Positions 1-8,664 of a DNA stretch of 32,000 nucleotides are shown here, in pieces. How positions within the stretch are numbered: the stretch's first letter is position 1; every line of letters begins with the position of its first letter. Both the position numbers and the translations under genes were made by a program. Source of the stretch: Gordonia phage Sapo; the sequence record OQ938587.1. One strand, 5' to 3'. The notes below the pieces were generated by a model that searched no databases, had not been told where the DNA came from, and saw nothing but the letters and a program-made list of their open reading frames with translations.

Positions 1-249
1 GCCGACTTCGAGCGGCTGGTCGACGCCAACTTCCGAACCCCGCTGGTCGACGCGGCCTTCAGCCCGCCCGACCTACCGGACGACGGCGACGACCGTCGAC
101 GGGGTGGCGGTTCCGGTGGTGGCCCTGCTCCCCTGGTTGGTAACCTTACTGTGCAGGCCGTCGACGTGGAGGACCAAGTGCGCCAGGTGAACCGAGCTCT
201 CCGGACGCTCGCGAAGTCCGACTCGCTCGTGGGAGGTCGCGGTGCCTGA
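1..249 (+). CDS. C-terminus of probable tape measure / tail protein (partial, begins upstream of window)
   Basis: Frame 1 is open from base 1 to TGA at 247-249 (...VGNLTVQAVDVEDQVRQVNRALRTLAKSDSLVGGRGA*). It precedes minor tail genes and overlaps the GTG start at 242. Confidence 0.5.
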   Translation, partial: ADFERLVDANFRTPLVDAAFSPPDLPDDGDDRRRGGGSGGGPAPLVGNLTVQAVDVEDQVRQVNRALRTLAKSDSLVGGRGA

Positions 250-1108
250 CTACTACCCGCTGACGACGCACACCGTCGTGCGGTACGTCTCGCCCGACGG
301 CGAAGTTCTGCCGTTGTCCGGGGGTCCGGACGCTGGGAAGTACCAGGTCTGGTTAGGACACGACCCGGAGGGCCTGGGCCACGTCGAGGTTAAGGCCCTG
401 TTCGACGCGGCCGCGCGACAGTGGGGCGAGGAGTACGTCGGCGAGACCGTCGACCACGCGGAGCTGGAACTGCCACTGTTCGTGTTGCAGGACCACACCG
501 GGGTCGACGGTCTGCGTCGTCGGCGGGAGTGGCTCAAGAAGCTTTTTCCGCGCGACCGCGTCGGCTGGCTCTTCACCTACACGAACGTAACCGGCTGGCG
601 TTGGTTGGCCACCCGGCGCGGTAGCCTGAAGCCCGTGCTTGGTTCGGACCCCAACGCCAACGGGGGTCTCGAACTGGAGCTCGTGTTGTTGGTCGAGAAC
701 CCCCTCGCGAGAGTGGCGGACTCGAACGACTCCTGGTCGAACGCGGACCTGACCGGTTCAGGTTCGCTCCTGTTGTACCCAGGGGAGGAACACCACGGCT
801 GGCCGCAGTTCACGGTACGTGGTCCAGGTAAGTTCCGCTTCCGCTACCTGGACAACGACGTGCAGTTCGAGTTCAACGTCCTGCCGACCGAGACGGTCCT
901 GGTCAACACCGACCAGGCGCGGCCGACCGTACGCGGTCTGACCGACGCCGGGGTTCGCCGGAACCTGCTCCCGCTGGTTCGAGGAACTAAGTTCCGAACT
1001 CCCCTGCCGAAAGGCAAGGCGACCCGCGTCGACGTCTCGGTGACCGGAGGCAACGCCAACACTGCAGTCTACGGAGTCTGCGCGCAGCAACTGGAGGGTC
1101 TGCTTTGA
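242..1108 (+). CDS. Minor tail / distal tail-like protein
   Basis: 288 aa ORF with GTG start, 4-8 bp overlaps with both neighbours, and position after the putative tape measure and before a Gp37-like tail protein. Confidence 0.6.
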   Translation: MPDYYPLTTHTVVRYVSPDGEVLPLSGGPDAGKYQVWLGHDPEGLGHVEVKALFDAAARQWGEEYVGETVDHAELELPLFVLQDHTGVDGLRRRREWLKKLFPRDRVGWLFTYTNVTGWRWLATRRGSLKPVLGSDPNANGGLELELVLLVENPLARVADSNDSWSNADLTGSGSLLLYPGEEHHGWPQFTVRGPGKFRFRYLDNDVQFEFNVLPTETVLVNTDQARPTVRGLTDAGVRRNLLPLVRGTKFRTPLPKGKATRVDVSVTGGNANTAVYGVCAQQLEGLL

Positions 1109-2703
1109 GCCTACGCGAGGCCTTCGCCTCCCTCACGACCGACGAGCAGGCCGAGCGGGACCTGCTGGCGCACCCTCGCGCGGAGCTCCAGCTACGGGAC
1201 AAGGACAACCGGCTCTGGGGTGTCTCGGGCGACTACCGCGAGCTGAAGTTCACCGAGAAGGAGAACGAACCGGGTCCGATCACCTTCACGGTCCCGGACG
1301 ACGACTACTACCGCGAGTACTTCTACGGCTTCCCGAAGGGCCAGGCGCGGCCGGTCGTCGTGCAGCTCCCGTACTACCGCACCCTGTGGCTGATCACGGA
1401 CTTCAAGCGCAAGCGAGAGGGTCTGAAGAGGGTGATCGAGGTAACCGGCGTGCACTGCTTGGAGTACCTCAACTGGGTGCACCTCTGGCCCTGCCCGTGG
1501 TTCCCGCCCGAGTTCCAGCCGCTGCACTACTGGTACGGAGTCGGACCGGCAATCACCACCTGTGCGGCTGCTCTCCAGGCTAACTTGGTGCGGCTGCAAG
1601 GTGACCTGTTCTCGGTCCCCTCGGGCAACCTGCTGGACCTGCAGAACTGGAACCTGGTCAAGAAGGCCCTGTACCCGCTGGTGGTCAACCCGCGCAACAA
1701 GCTACTCCGCGACACCTCTACCTGGGTCACCACGAGTTGGCGGATGGACAAGGCTCTGGACGCCTTCAAGGAGGTTTGTGACACCGAGGGCCTGACCCTG
1801 ACTACGACTTTCTTCGACCCGGACGCAGGCGACCCGCAGCCTTTCCCCGAGTTCTTGGTGCTCACCCGGCCGACGCTGGTGGTCGACTTCGTCGAGAAGG
1901 GACCACCCGTCGGGCTCACCGGCACCCTGGCCGACGGCCTGTTCCGCACTGCCGTGCAGCTGGCCGACGACCTGTTGGAGTGGGTGGTTTACCCGGTACT
2001 CGGAAGCGACAACTACGACGACTACCTGCAGAAGGCTGCGGGCCTGATCCCCGGCAAGCCCTTTGTCTGTTACACCACTGGACAGTACTCTCCGGTGCCC
2101 TCCTTTGAACAGACGACGTACGTCGGGCTGGCCTCGCGGGTGACTGCCGGAGGCAAGTCGCCGGAGTGGGTGAACACCCTTCTCGTGACCGGCGCGAACC
2201 TGGCAATCGGATACCTGGGCACCGCGATCGGAGTACCGGGCCTGCAGCTGGGCGTCTTCGAGAACGCGGTCAAGAACAAGGTTCTCGCGTTCCACTCGAC
2301 CGAGGACCGCCAGCGCGCGAACGAGGGCGGGCCGTGGCGGTTCCGCGAGACCTTCGCCGAGTCCTCCTCGACCGGCCTCTCGCTCACCACGTTTGCCGGG
2401 ATGAAGACCGCGCACTACAAGTCGCGGTCCTACGTGAGCCACGCGATCGAGGTCTCCAACGGTTCGCCTTACTTCGCCGGAAAAGACGTCAACGTGGGCG
2501 ACCCGGTGGGTGTCGAGACCTTCGACGCGACCGTCGAGGTCGACCGGCTGAAAGAGCTCTCGTACGAGGACACCCGCTCGGTGCGCGGCAAGCTCACCCT
2601 CCAGGTGGGCTCCGGCGACGCGGAGCGCGAACCGGGTGTGCTGGCCCTGGGCAAGCTCCGGCGCGCCTTCCAGTGGGTTAACCGAGTAGCCCTCTCGGAG
2701 TGA
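1105..2703 (+). CDS. Minor tail protein (siphovirus Gp37-like)
   Basis: 532 aa ORF. N-terminus (AELQLRDKDNRLWGVSGDYRELKFTEKENEPGPITFTVPDDD) and overall layout resemble actinophage Gp37-like tail proteins. Starts on an ATG/GTG overlap with the previous gene. Confidence 0.6.
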   Translation: MSLREAFASLTTDEQAERDLLAHPRAELQLRDKDNRLWGVSGDYRELKFTEKENEPGPITFTVPDDDYYREYFYGFPKGQARPVVVQLPYYRTLWLITDFKRKREGLKRVIEVTGVHCLEYLNWVHLWPCPWFPPEFQPLHYWYGVGPAITTCAAALQANLVRLQGDLFSVPSGNLLDLQNWNLVKKALYPLVVNPRNKLLRDTSTWVTTSWRMDKALDAFKEVCDTEGLTLTTTFFDPDAGDPQPFPEFLVLTRPTLVVDFVEKGPPVGLTGTLADGLFRTAVQLADDLLEWVVYPVLGSDNYDDYLQKAAGLIPGKPFVCYTTGQYSPVPSFEQTTYVGLASRVTAGGKSPEWVNTLLVTGANLAIGYLGTAIGVPGLQLGVFENAVKNKVLAFHSTEDRQRANEGGPWRFRETFAESSSTGLSLTTFAGMKTAHYKSRSYVSHAIEVSNGSPYFAGKDVNVGDPVGVETFDATVEVDRLKELSYEDTRSVRGKLTLQVGSGDAEREPGVLALGKLRRAFQWVNRVALSE

Positions 2704-2752
2704 AACAAGGCGAGACCCCCGGTCCTTCCCGACCGGGGGTCTCTCGCTTGTT
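2704..2752. terminator. Strong, probably bidirectional hairpin terminator between convergent genes
   Basis: AACAAGgCGAGaCCCCCGGTC - CTTCCC - GACCGGGGGTCTCtCGCTTGTT, located right after the tail gene stop and between convergent ORFs. Confidence 0.85.
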
Positions 2753-2756
2753 GGTC

Positions 2757-3065
2757 TCAGTTGTGGGGAGCCAAAACAGCTCGGGCGAAGAGGCCGACAC
2801 CCTCCTCGTCGACGAGGTCCCAGACCTGGACGTCGAAGTCGCTCGGTCCGCTGAGCTCCTTGTTGCGCACGGCCTTGGCTGCGTGTTCGGCCTCGACCCA
2901 GTAGGCGACCGCCCGGTTGCTCTGGGCTCGGACGACCGGGAACTCGGCCAGGACCTGTCCCTCGGTGAAGCTCTCTAGAAGGGTCTCTCCGGTGACGAGG
3001 GCGGTAACGGTCAGGGTGCGAGCCTTGGGGCTGTTGCTGGCGAGGCTGGCGGCGGTGGTGTCCAC
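2757..3065 (-). CDS. Small hypothetical protein (102 aa)
   Basis: ORF on the minus strand between a terminator and a consensus-type promoter (3106-3135); purine-rich RBS region upstream (CAGAAGGAGAAACC). Confidence 0.75.
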   Translation of the reverse strand: MDTTAASLASNSPKARTLTVTALVTGETLLESFTEGQVLAEFPVVRAQSNRAVAYWVEAEHAAKAVRNKELSGPSDFDVQVWDLVDEEGVGLFARAVLAPHN

Positions 3066-3105
3066 TGGTTTCTCCTTCTGGGCGGGTTTCTTGCTTACGT
3101 AACTT

Positions 3106-3135
3106 AGTTTACCAGGGGTTACGCCTTAAGCGCAA
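3106..3135 (-). promoter_or_regulatory. Promoter TTGCGC-N18-TAAACT driving the 102 aa gene
   Basis: Minus strand TTGCGC (3135-3130), 18 bp spacer ending CCTGG, then TAAACT (3111-3106). Same architecture as four promoters at 23.9-25.2 kb. Confidence 0.75.
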
Positions 3136-3147
3136 CCCCTGGAAACC

Positions 3148-3762
3148 TCAGAACTTCTCAGCGCACTTGGGGCCGATCCCGGCTGCGCGGCTCGCGTCGT
3201 TAGTGAGCGTCCGGCCGCAGACTCCGCAGACCCCCAGCTCGTGGCCGTAGCGAGCGCTGGCGTTGGCCGCGCCCACCTCCGCCACCTTGCGGACGACCGC
3301 GTGTCCGGCGTCCCGCGAGAGCCGCTGCAGGTCGTCCGAGACCTGGAGCTTCACGAAGACGTACCCGGCCCAGCGGCCCTCGGTCGGGCGGTCGACCTTG
3401 TAGAAGGCGAGCTCGTTGGTCGCGCCCTCGCCGGTCTCGACCGCGTAGAACCCGGCCGGGACTTCCTCGACCGAGGGCAGGTCGGCGGCGACCGGAGCCG
3501 GTGCGGCAGTGGCGCGTCGGCCAGCCTTCCGGGCGCGCAGCTTCAGGACCTGGTTCGACTCCTTGAAGGCGTCGATCCCGGCCGACACGGCCTTGCGGGC
3601 CTGCAGCCGGTAGGAGTCCTTCAGGGCCTGGACGTCGGCCGGGGTGAGCTTGAGTTCGCCGAGTTCGTCCTTCAGGGCGACCCACTCGTCGAGGAGGGAG
3701 TCGACGAACGCGAGCTGCTTCTCGGTCGCGGGGACTGCGGGGGTCTGGGTCTTGGTGCTCAC
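3148..3762 (-). CDS. DUF6011-like C4 zinc-finger domain protein
   Basis: GTG start at 3762 (VSTKTQTPAVPATEKQLAFVDSLL...). C-terminus CGVCGRTLTNDASRAAGIGPKCAEKF matches the DUF6011-type motif as I know it. Confidence 0.7.
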   Translation of the reverse strand: MSTKTQTPAVPATEKQLAFVDSLLDEWVALKDELGELKLTPADVQALKDSYRLQARKAVSAGIDAFKESNQVLKLRARKAGRRATAAPAPVAADLPSVEEVPAGFYAVETGEGATNELAFYKVDRPTEGRWAGYVFVKLQVSDDLQRLSRDAGHAVVRKVAEVGAANASARYGHELGVCGVCGRTLTNDASRAAGIGPKCAEKF

Positions 3763-3797
3763 TGCGGGCTCCTCGGGTCGTTCCGGCTGGTACAACC

Positions 3798-3827
3798 AGT
3801 AAAACACGGTAACGCCTGGTAACACAA
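3798..3827 (-). promoter_or_regulatory. Promoter TTGTGT-N18-TTTACT for the DUF6011-like gene
   Basis: Minus strand TTGTGT (3827-3822), 18 bp spacer, TTTACT (3803-3798), with a CTGGTAA element shared with other promoters. Confidence 0.5.
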
Positions 3828-3887
3828 CCCCCGACTGGCCCGCTTGACCTGGAAGTCGTCTCTCCCTGCGTCCGTCGGTGTTACACT

Positions 3888-3907
3888 TGAACTGGCTAGC
3901 CAGTTCA
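3888..3907. repeat. Perfect 20-bp palindrome, candidate operator or RNA hairpin upstream of endolysin
   Basis: TGAACTGGCTAGCCAGTTCA is exactly self-complementary and lies 20 bp upstream of the endolysin start. Confidence 0.7.
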
Positions 3908-3926
3908 CCACCCAAGGAGCACCCCA

Positions 3927-4985
3927 GTGCCAAAGACAGTTTCCCGACAGCGCGTCCAGGAGTTCGACCAGTGGGCACGCGACCGCGACGGTAACCGGTA
4001 CGGTTACGGCGGAGCCTTCACCCGCAACCCCGACGTCTCGACCGACTGCTCGGGCCTGGTCCTACAGTCCGGGGCCTTCCTCACCCAGAACCGAGACTGG
4101 GTCGGTAACCGGTTCGGTTCGACCGAGTCGTTCCGCCTGAACTACCCGATCGTGTTCGAGCTCGGGTTCAAGCGACTGCCCAGCGGTGGTCCCGACCGCC
4201 TGCCCTTCGACCCCCTCCTGCTGGTCGGTCTGCAGCACGGAGGAGGGGGGGTCTACTCCCACACCGCCTGCACCTTCTACGGCAAAGACGTTCCCGGAGG
4301 GCCGGTCAAGGCCTCCGCGCGGGGCGTCGACTGGGAGTCCCAGGGCAACGGCGTCTTCTACTACGAGGGCGCGCGAGCCTGGAACGACCGCCTGTTCCAC
4401 GATTTCTGGTACCTCGACGCGGTCTTGGCTCCGGCTGCGCCTGCGGTCAACGAGGTGAACGCGGAAGCCGAGCGCGCGAAAGCGTGGTTGGGCAAGCGCA
4501 AGTCGGTCAACGAGAAGGGCGAGCCCTTCGAGCACAAGGCCCCGGACGGACTCGGCCGGTTCGCCCACTTCGAGAACGGCTCGGTTTACTTCCACCCGCA
4601 CGTCAACGCGAACGAGCCGGTCGGCACCCGAGCAGTGGCGGTTCCGGCCGACGTCTTCGAGGTCTGGGCACGCGTCGGCTTCGAGACCGGCCCGCTCGGT
4701 TACCCGCTGCGTCGCCACTGGGTCGACAAGGGCGTCGGTACCGTCCAGGGCTTCCAGGGTGGAGCCGTCCTGCGCAAGTACGGCACGCAGGGTGGCGTTC
4801 TCGTGGGCCGGATCGGAGAGCGTTACTTCAAGGACGGAGCCGAGAAGGGACCCCTGGGTTACCCGCTCGGTGACGAAGAGTTCTTCCAGGACGGCCGGGT
4901 TCAGAACTTCGAGCACGGCAAGGCGTACTGGTCGGCAGACGGAGTGACCCCACTCCTGACCAAGAAGCAAGGAGAAAGCAAGTGA
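3927..4985 (+). CDS. Endolysin (lysin A): N-terminal NlpC/P60-like peptidase plus C-terminal LGFP repeats
   Basis: N-terminus ...NRYGYGGAF...STDCSGLV (Cys nucleophile context). C-terminus has several LGFP-type repeats (GPLGYPLRRHW, GPLGYPLGDEEFFQDGRVQNFEHGKAYWS). SD AAGGAGC upstream. Confidence 0.85.
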   Translation: MPKTVSRQRVQEFDQWARDRDGNRYGYGGAFTRNPDVSTDCSGLVLQSGAFLTQNRDWVGNRFGSTESFRLNYPIVFELGFKRLPSGGPDRLPFDPLLLVGLQHGGGGVYSHTACTFYGKDVPGGPVKASARGVDWESQGNGVFYYEGARAWNDRLFHDFWYLDAVLAPAAPAVNEVNAEAERAKAWLGKRKSVNEKGEPFEHKAPDGLGRFAHFENGSVYFHPHVNANEPVGTRAVAVPADVFEVWARVGFETGPLGYPLRRHWVDKGVGTVQGFQGGAVLRKYGTQGGVLVGRIGERYFKDGAEKGPLGYPLGDEEFFQDGRVQNFEHGKAYWSADGVTPLLTKKQGESK

Positions 4986-5365
4986 CCGTACCAACTTCCA
5001 CCCCCAAGCTGTTGTTCGGACGCGAACCGGCCGGTTGGCTGGCCCTCGTGTCGGCGGCAGTCTCGCTCGTCGGTGCCTTCGTCGTCGGCTTCGACGCGGA
5101 GACCCAGGGCCTCGTGGTGGCCTTCGCCAACGCGTTGCTCGGCGGACTGCTGGCTTGGCAGACCCGACCGCTGGCCCCGGCTGCGTTCGTCGCGGTCGTC
5201 CAGACGGCCCTGCCGCTGTTGGTCGCGTTCGGCCTGGACTGGACCGCTGACCAGCAGGCCGTGGCTCTGTCGGCCGCGTCCGTCGTCCTGAACCTGGCCC
5301 TCGTTCGCCCGCAGGTCGAGCCGCTGGTGACCTACCGAGCGGGCGACCACCGGTTGGAGGGGTAG
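4982..5365 (+). CDS. Putative holin (small membrane protein)
   Basis: 127 aa, at least three hydrophobic segments, directly downstream of the endolysin. Confidence 0.55.
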   Translation: MTVPTSTPKLLFGREPAGWLALVSAAVSLVGAFVVGFDAETQGLVVAFANALLGGLLAWQTRPLAPAAFVAVVQTALPLLVAFGLDWTADQQAVALSAASVVLNLALVRPQVEPLVTYRAGDHRLEG

Positions 5366-6012
5366 TGCACTTGCCCACGGTACAAGACGTAGTCCCAGCC
5401 GGTAAGGTCCGGCTGCGGGTTCAACTGGTTTACCCAGAGCTCGCAGGGGTCCAGGTCGGTCTGTTTCTTGCGGCCTTGTACCGTGGGCTGGACTACGCCA
5501 CTCCTCCGAACGAGGAAGTGGCGTCTCTCAGCGTCGTCGAAAAAGCTCTACCGTTCCAGACCTGGGGCTACGTCTACCTCGCCCTCGGGGTCCTCGGGCT
5601 GGTCGGTTTGTTCTGGGTGAAGTTCCCGCTCACGGCCCTCGCGCACGGGTTCCTGGTCGGGCTCTACTTTGCCTTCGCGGTCGGTTCGCTCTGGTCGGTT
5701 CTGACCAGGCAGGACGCGGACCCGACCTTGTTGGAGTGGGCGTGGGTGGGCGTCCTCTCCGGGTGTGCGCTGGTGACCTGGGCAGTGACCCTGGTCGGCC
5801 TGCGCAAGTACAGAGCCGTCGGCTACCTCGTGGTCGCGGCCCTGGTAACTGCAGCCGTAGCGGTCTACGCTTCGAGCTCGGGGGTTTACGGCTGGCGCAC
5901 TGCGACCGGCTGGTTGTTCGTCTTGTGCGTGACGCACGGAGTTTTGGCCAACGCGTCCAGCGACGAGTGGCGGTCCCTGAAGGAGAAGCGTGAACTTCCC
6001 GACTCTGCCTGA
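5365..6012 (+). CDS. Multi-spanning membrane protein in the lysis region
   Basis: GTG start overlapping the previous TAG; multiple long hydrophobic segments. Confidence 0.6.
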   Translation: MHLPTVQDVVPAGKVRLRVQLVYPELAGVQVGLFLAALYRGLDYATPPNEEVASLSVVEKALPFQTWGYVYLALGVLGLVGLFWVKFPLTALAHGFLVGLYFAFAVGSLWSVLTRQDADPTLLEWAWVGVLSGCALVTWAVTLVGLRKYRAVGYLVVAALVTAAVAVYASSSGVYGWRTATGWLFVLCVTHGVLANASSDEWRSLKEKRELPDSA

Positions 6013-6424
6013 AAACACCCCCGGTTGGGTAGTCCTAGCTCTGTTCGTGGCCTTCGGGCTCAAGTTCCTCTTCCAGTTCCTCGCGGAGGCCTCGGAAAGC
6101 GCGGCGAAGCTCTTCGGGCCTCTGGGGCGCAGGTGGCGCTCTCGTGCTCAGGAGAGGCAAGCGGAGCGGCAGAACGAGGCCCCTAAGCTCCTGCAGACCG
6201 TGCGCGAGGAGCGCGACGCCTTCGCCAGACGCTACCGCGAGTCCGAGAAGAACTCCCAGGAGTTCCTGGACTGGTACACCAACTGTGACGGCCCGTTTCA
6301 CCGGAGGGCCACCCTGCAGGCAGCGGAGACTGGCTGCGAGCTCCCGCCCTGGGTACCCTTGTCCCAGTGGCCGCAACACCGCAAACGCCAGCGTGAAGGT
6401 GAGACCGAGGAGGCCCAGCAGTGA
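5990..6424 (+). CDS. Membrane-anchored protein with charged cytoplasmic tail (possible second holin/spanin-like factor)
   Basis: N-terminal TM (WVVLALFVAFGLKFLFQFL) followed by a highly charged helical region. Confidence 0.55.
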   Translation: MNFPTLPENTPGWVVLALFVAFGLKFLFQFLAEASESAAKLFGPLGRRWRSRAQERQAERQNEAPKLLQTVREERDAFARRYRESEKNSQEFLDWYTNCDGPFHRRATLQAAETGCELPPWVPLSQWPQHRKRQREGETEEAQQ

Positions 6425-6789
6425 GCGAGAAGAAGGTTCCCTACGCGGTCGACGACCCGACCGTGCAGAGCCTCGGTAAGTTCCTGGAGAACACCCCCCT
6501 GTCGAACGGTGCGAACGCTCCGCTTCCTCCGGGGGTCTCGACGTTGGTCGCGCAGGCGGTCTGCAACTACGCCCAGGGCCTGGTCTGGGAACGCGAGGCG
6601 CGTTCGTACGTCGACCTGGGTGAGTGGGCGAAGAACCCCGACCTGGGCGACGTGCAGGTCAAAAAGCTTTCCGACCACGACGAGACCGTGTACAAACTGA
6701 CCCACGGACCCACCAACCTTTCCGTGTTGGCCGAGACCCCCGAGGAAGCTTGGGTGGCCCTGAAGAAGAAGGTAGCGCAACGTGCCTGA
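6421..6789 (+). CDS. Hypothetical protein (122 aa)
   Basis: GTGA overlap with upstream gene; compact operon. Confidence 0.6.
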   Translation: MSEKKVPYAVDDPTVQSLGKFLENTPLSNGANAPLPPGVSTLVAQAVCNYAQGLVWEREARSYVDLGEWAKNPDLGDVQVKKLSDHDETVYKLTHGPTNLSVLAETPEEAWVALKKKVAQRA

Positions 6790-7870
6790 CGACCCGATCG
6801 AACGGTTCACAACCGAAGTTGAGGTGTACGGGATCCCCCAACCGGCTGGGGCTCCGCCACTCACTGAGGCGTACTTCCACGTGCGCTACCGTCCCGACGG
6901 CAACGCCGAGCGCGCCAAGCTCGGGCTCCCGGCCTACGAGGGCAAGCCCGGACCGCCCGGACCTCCCGGAGCTCTACACCAGGGTGAGCGGACCTCGGCC
7001 CAGTTGACCGCGCTGCAGGGGGTTCTCGGCCCGCAGCAGGTCAACTACGCCTACCGCAACACCGACACCAACGACCAGTACGTCTGGGACGGGGAAGCCT
7101 TCGTCGTCTACCACGACGTCTACCAGACCCCCGGCCCTCCCGGACCGGCCCCGAACCTGTCGGCCGGTACGTTGACCGTCGGCGGCGAAGAGGTGACCGA
7201 CCCGAACTTCGGGGTGCGGGTGACCGGCGTCAACCCGAACTACGTGGTAGACGTCGACCTGCCTCCCTCGCCGAAGGGCAACAAGGGCGACGTCGGACCC
7301 TCGGGCTCGGTCTACACCTCGGTCGACGTCGACCAGACCGAGGAACCGAACGACGGCGACGTCCTGGTACACGACGCGGAGCTCGGCAAACTCGTCTGGT
7401 CTCCCGGTGCCTTCGTAACCGAGGAGTACGTCGTGCCGCCCTCGGGCTTCCCGAACGCCAACAAGAGCTCCTCGGACGTGCGGCACCTGCTGGTGACCCT
7501 CCTGATCCCGGCCAAGCCGTACCGCTACCGCTTCGACTTCTCGGGCGGAGTGGACGTCGAGAGCAAGACCGGACACCAGATCGACCTGGAAGTACGTACC
7601 AACCTGAACACCCCGACGACCCCCGAAACCAACGGCCCGCTGGTCGGCTACGGCAAAGGTCAGGACGGCGAAGGCTGGCGGGAGGTGGCGTTCCGCGCCC
7701 ACTCGGACGTGGCCATCGACCCCTCCTCGACCGAGGGGACGGTACCGGCGAACACCCCGGTCACCCTCTACGTCTCGGCGGTCAAGAAAGCCGGTGTCCT
7801 CCTGGGCTGGAGTGTGCGTAACACCCGTGCACAGCTGCGGGTTCGTCTCGTGCGGGTGGCGGTGGCGTAG
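6782..7870 (+). CDS. Minor tail / fibre protein with short collagen-like segments
   Basis: GKPGPPGPPG and TPGPPGPAP segments in an ORF within the structural cluster. Confidence 0.65.
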   Translation: MPDDPIERFTTEVEVYGIPQPAGAPPLTEAYFHVRYRPDGNAERAKLGLPAYEGKPGPPGPPGALHQGERTSAQLTALQGVLGPQQVNYAYRNTDTNDQYVWDGEAFVVYHDVYQTPGPPGPAPNLSAGTLTVGGEEVTDPNFGVRVTGVNPNYVVDVDLPPSPKGNKGDVGPSGSVYTSVDVDQTEEPNDGDVLVHDAELGKLVWSPGAFVTEEYVVPPSGFPNANKSSSDVRHLLVTLLIPAKPYRYRFDFSGGVDVESKTGHQIDLEVRTNLNTPTTPETNGPLVGYGKGQDGEGWREVAFRAHSDVAIDPSSTEGTVPANTPVTLYVSAVKKAGVLLGWSVRNTRAQLRVRLVRVAVA

Positions 7871-8664
7871 TGGCCCTGGGGCGCGACCGCTTCTACTTTC
7901 CACCCCCGCAGTTGCCGGACGACAGCGGGTTTGGTAACGCTGAACTGTTGGCCCAGGAGCTCGCGCTTCAGCGAGACCTGGACCTGGTCAACGGAGTACT
8001 CGACGACCAGGAAGCGCGGCTGGTCAACCTGGAGAGCGTGGGTCCGGCCTCCGGTGTCACCCAGGCTTGGGAGTCGAACCTCAACGACCTCTACACGGTC
8101 CCTCGTGCGCTGTTGTTGCCGAACTCGGACAACAAACTGCCGACGTTCAAACCACTCGCGGTAAACACCTTCGGGATCAGCCGTGGCCACGGTTACTACG
8201 CCCCGATCGTGGTTAACCGAGAGGGTTACCTGGACAAGTTCAGGTGGATCAGTGGTGACAACGGAGCCTTCACGATCGACGAGTACTGGCTCGCGCTCTA
8301 CGTCTACGACCCGGCCGACGGTTACCTCAAAAAAGTTTGGCACAGCCCGAACCTGAACACGGTCTTGCAACAGAACCCCGGCGTCAACGAGCTCTACTAC
8401 CCGATGAACCTCGGCCAGAAGGTCACGCCGGGACAGGTCCTGTTCTGCGCGCACCAGCAGCGGCAACCGGCCGTAGGTGGTTCGACGCGTCCGGTCGCGG
8501 CCGTCCCACAGTCCGACGTCGGCCGACCCGACGACGTCCTGTTGCGGGCCAGCGTCTACCGCCAAGCCAGTTTGGTCTCCTTGCCGAACCAGGTACTGCT
8601 CAGCGACCTCGAACAGGTCAACACGTTCGTGCCCTGGTGGGCACTCTCACTCGCGGAGGTTTAG
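7870..8664 (+). CDS. Probable minor tail protein
   Basis: 264 aa ORF sharing the stop/start overlap with its neighbour and lying between two fibre-like genes. Confidence 0.55.
   Translation: MALGRDRFYFPPPQLPDDSGFGNAELLAQELALQRDLDLVNGVLDDQEARLVNLESVGPASGVTQAWESNLNDLYTVPRALLLPNSDNKLPTFKPLAVNTFGISRGHGYYAPIVVNREGYLDKFRWISGDNGAFTIDEYWLALYVYDPADGYLKKVWHSPNLNTVLQQNPGVNELYYPMNLGQKVTPGQVLFCAHQQRQPAVGGSTRPVAAVPQSDVGRPDDVLLRASVYRQASLVSLPNQVLLSDLEQVNTFVPWWALSLAEV

Noticed and set aside
4062-5378. 438 aa minus-strand ORF opposite endolysin/holin
   Set aside because: Arg/Pro/Gly-rich shadow ORF; plus strand contains LGFP repeats.
6944-7150. Collagen-like Gly-X-Y segments as a possible novel repeat protein
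   Set aside because: Short GPPGPPG segments are common in actinophage minor tail proteins.
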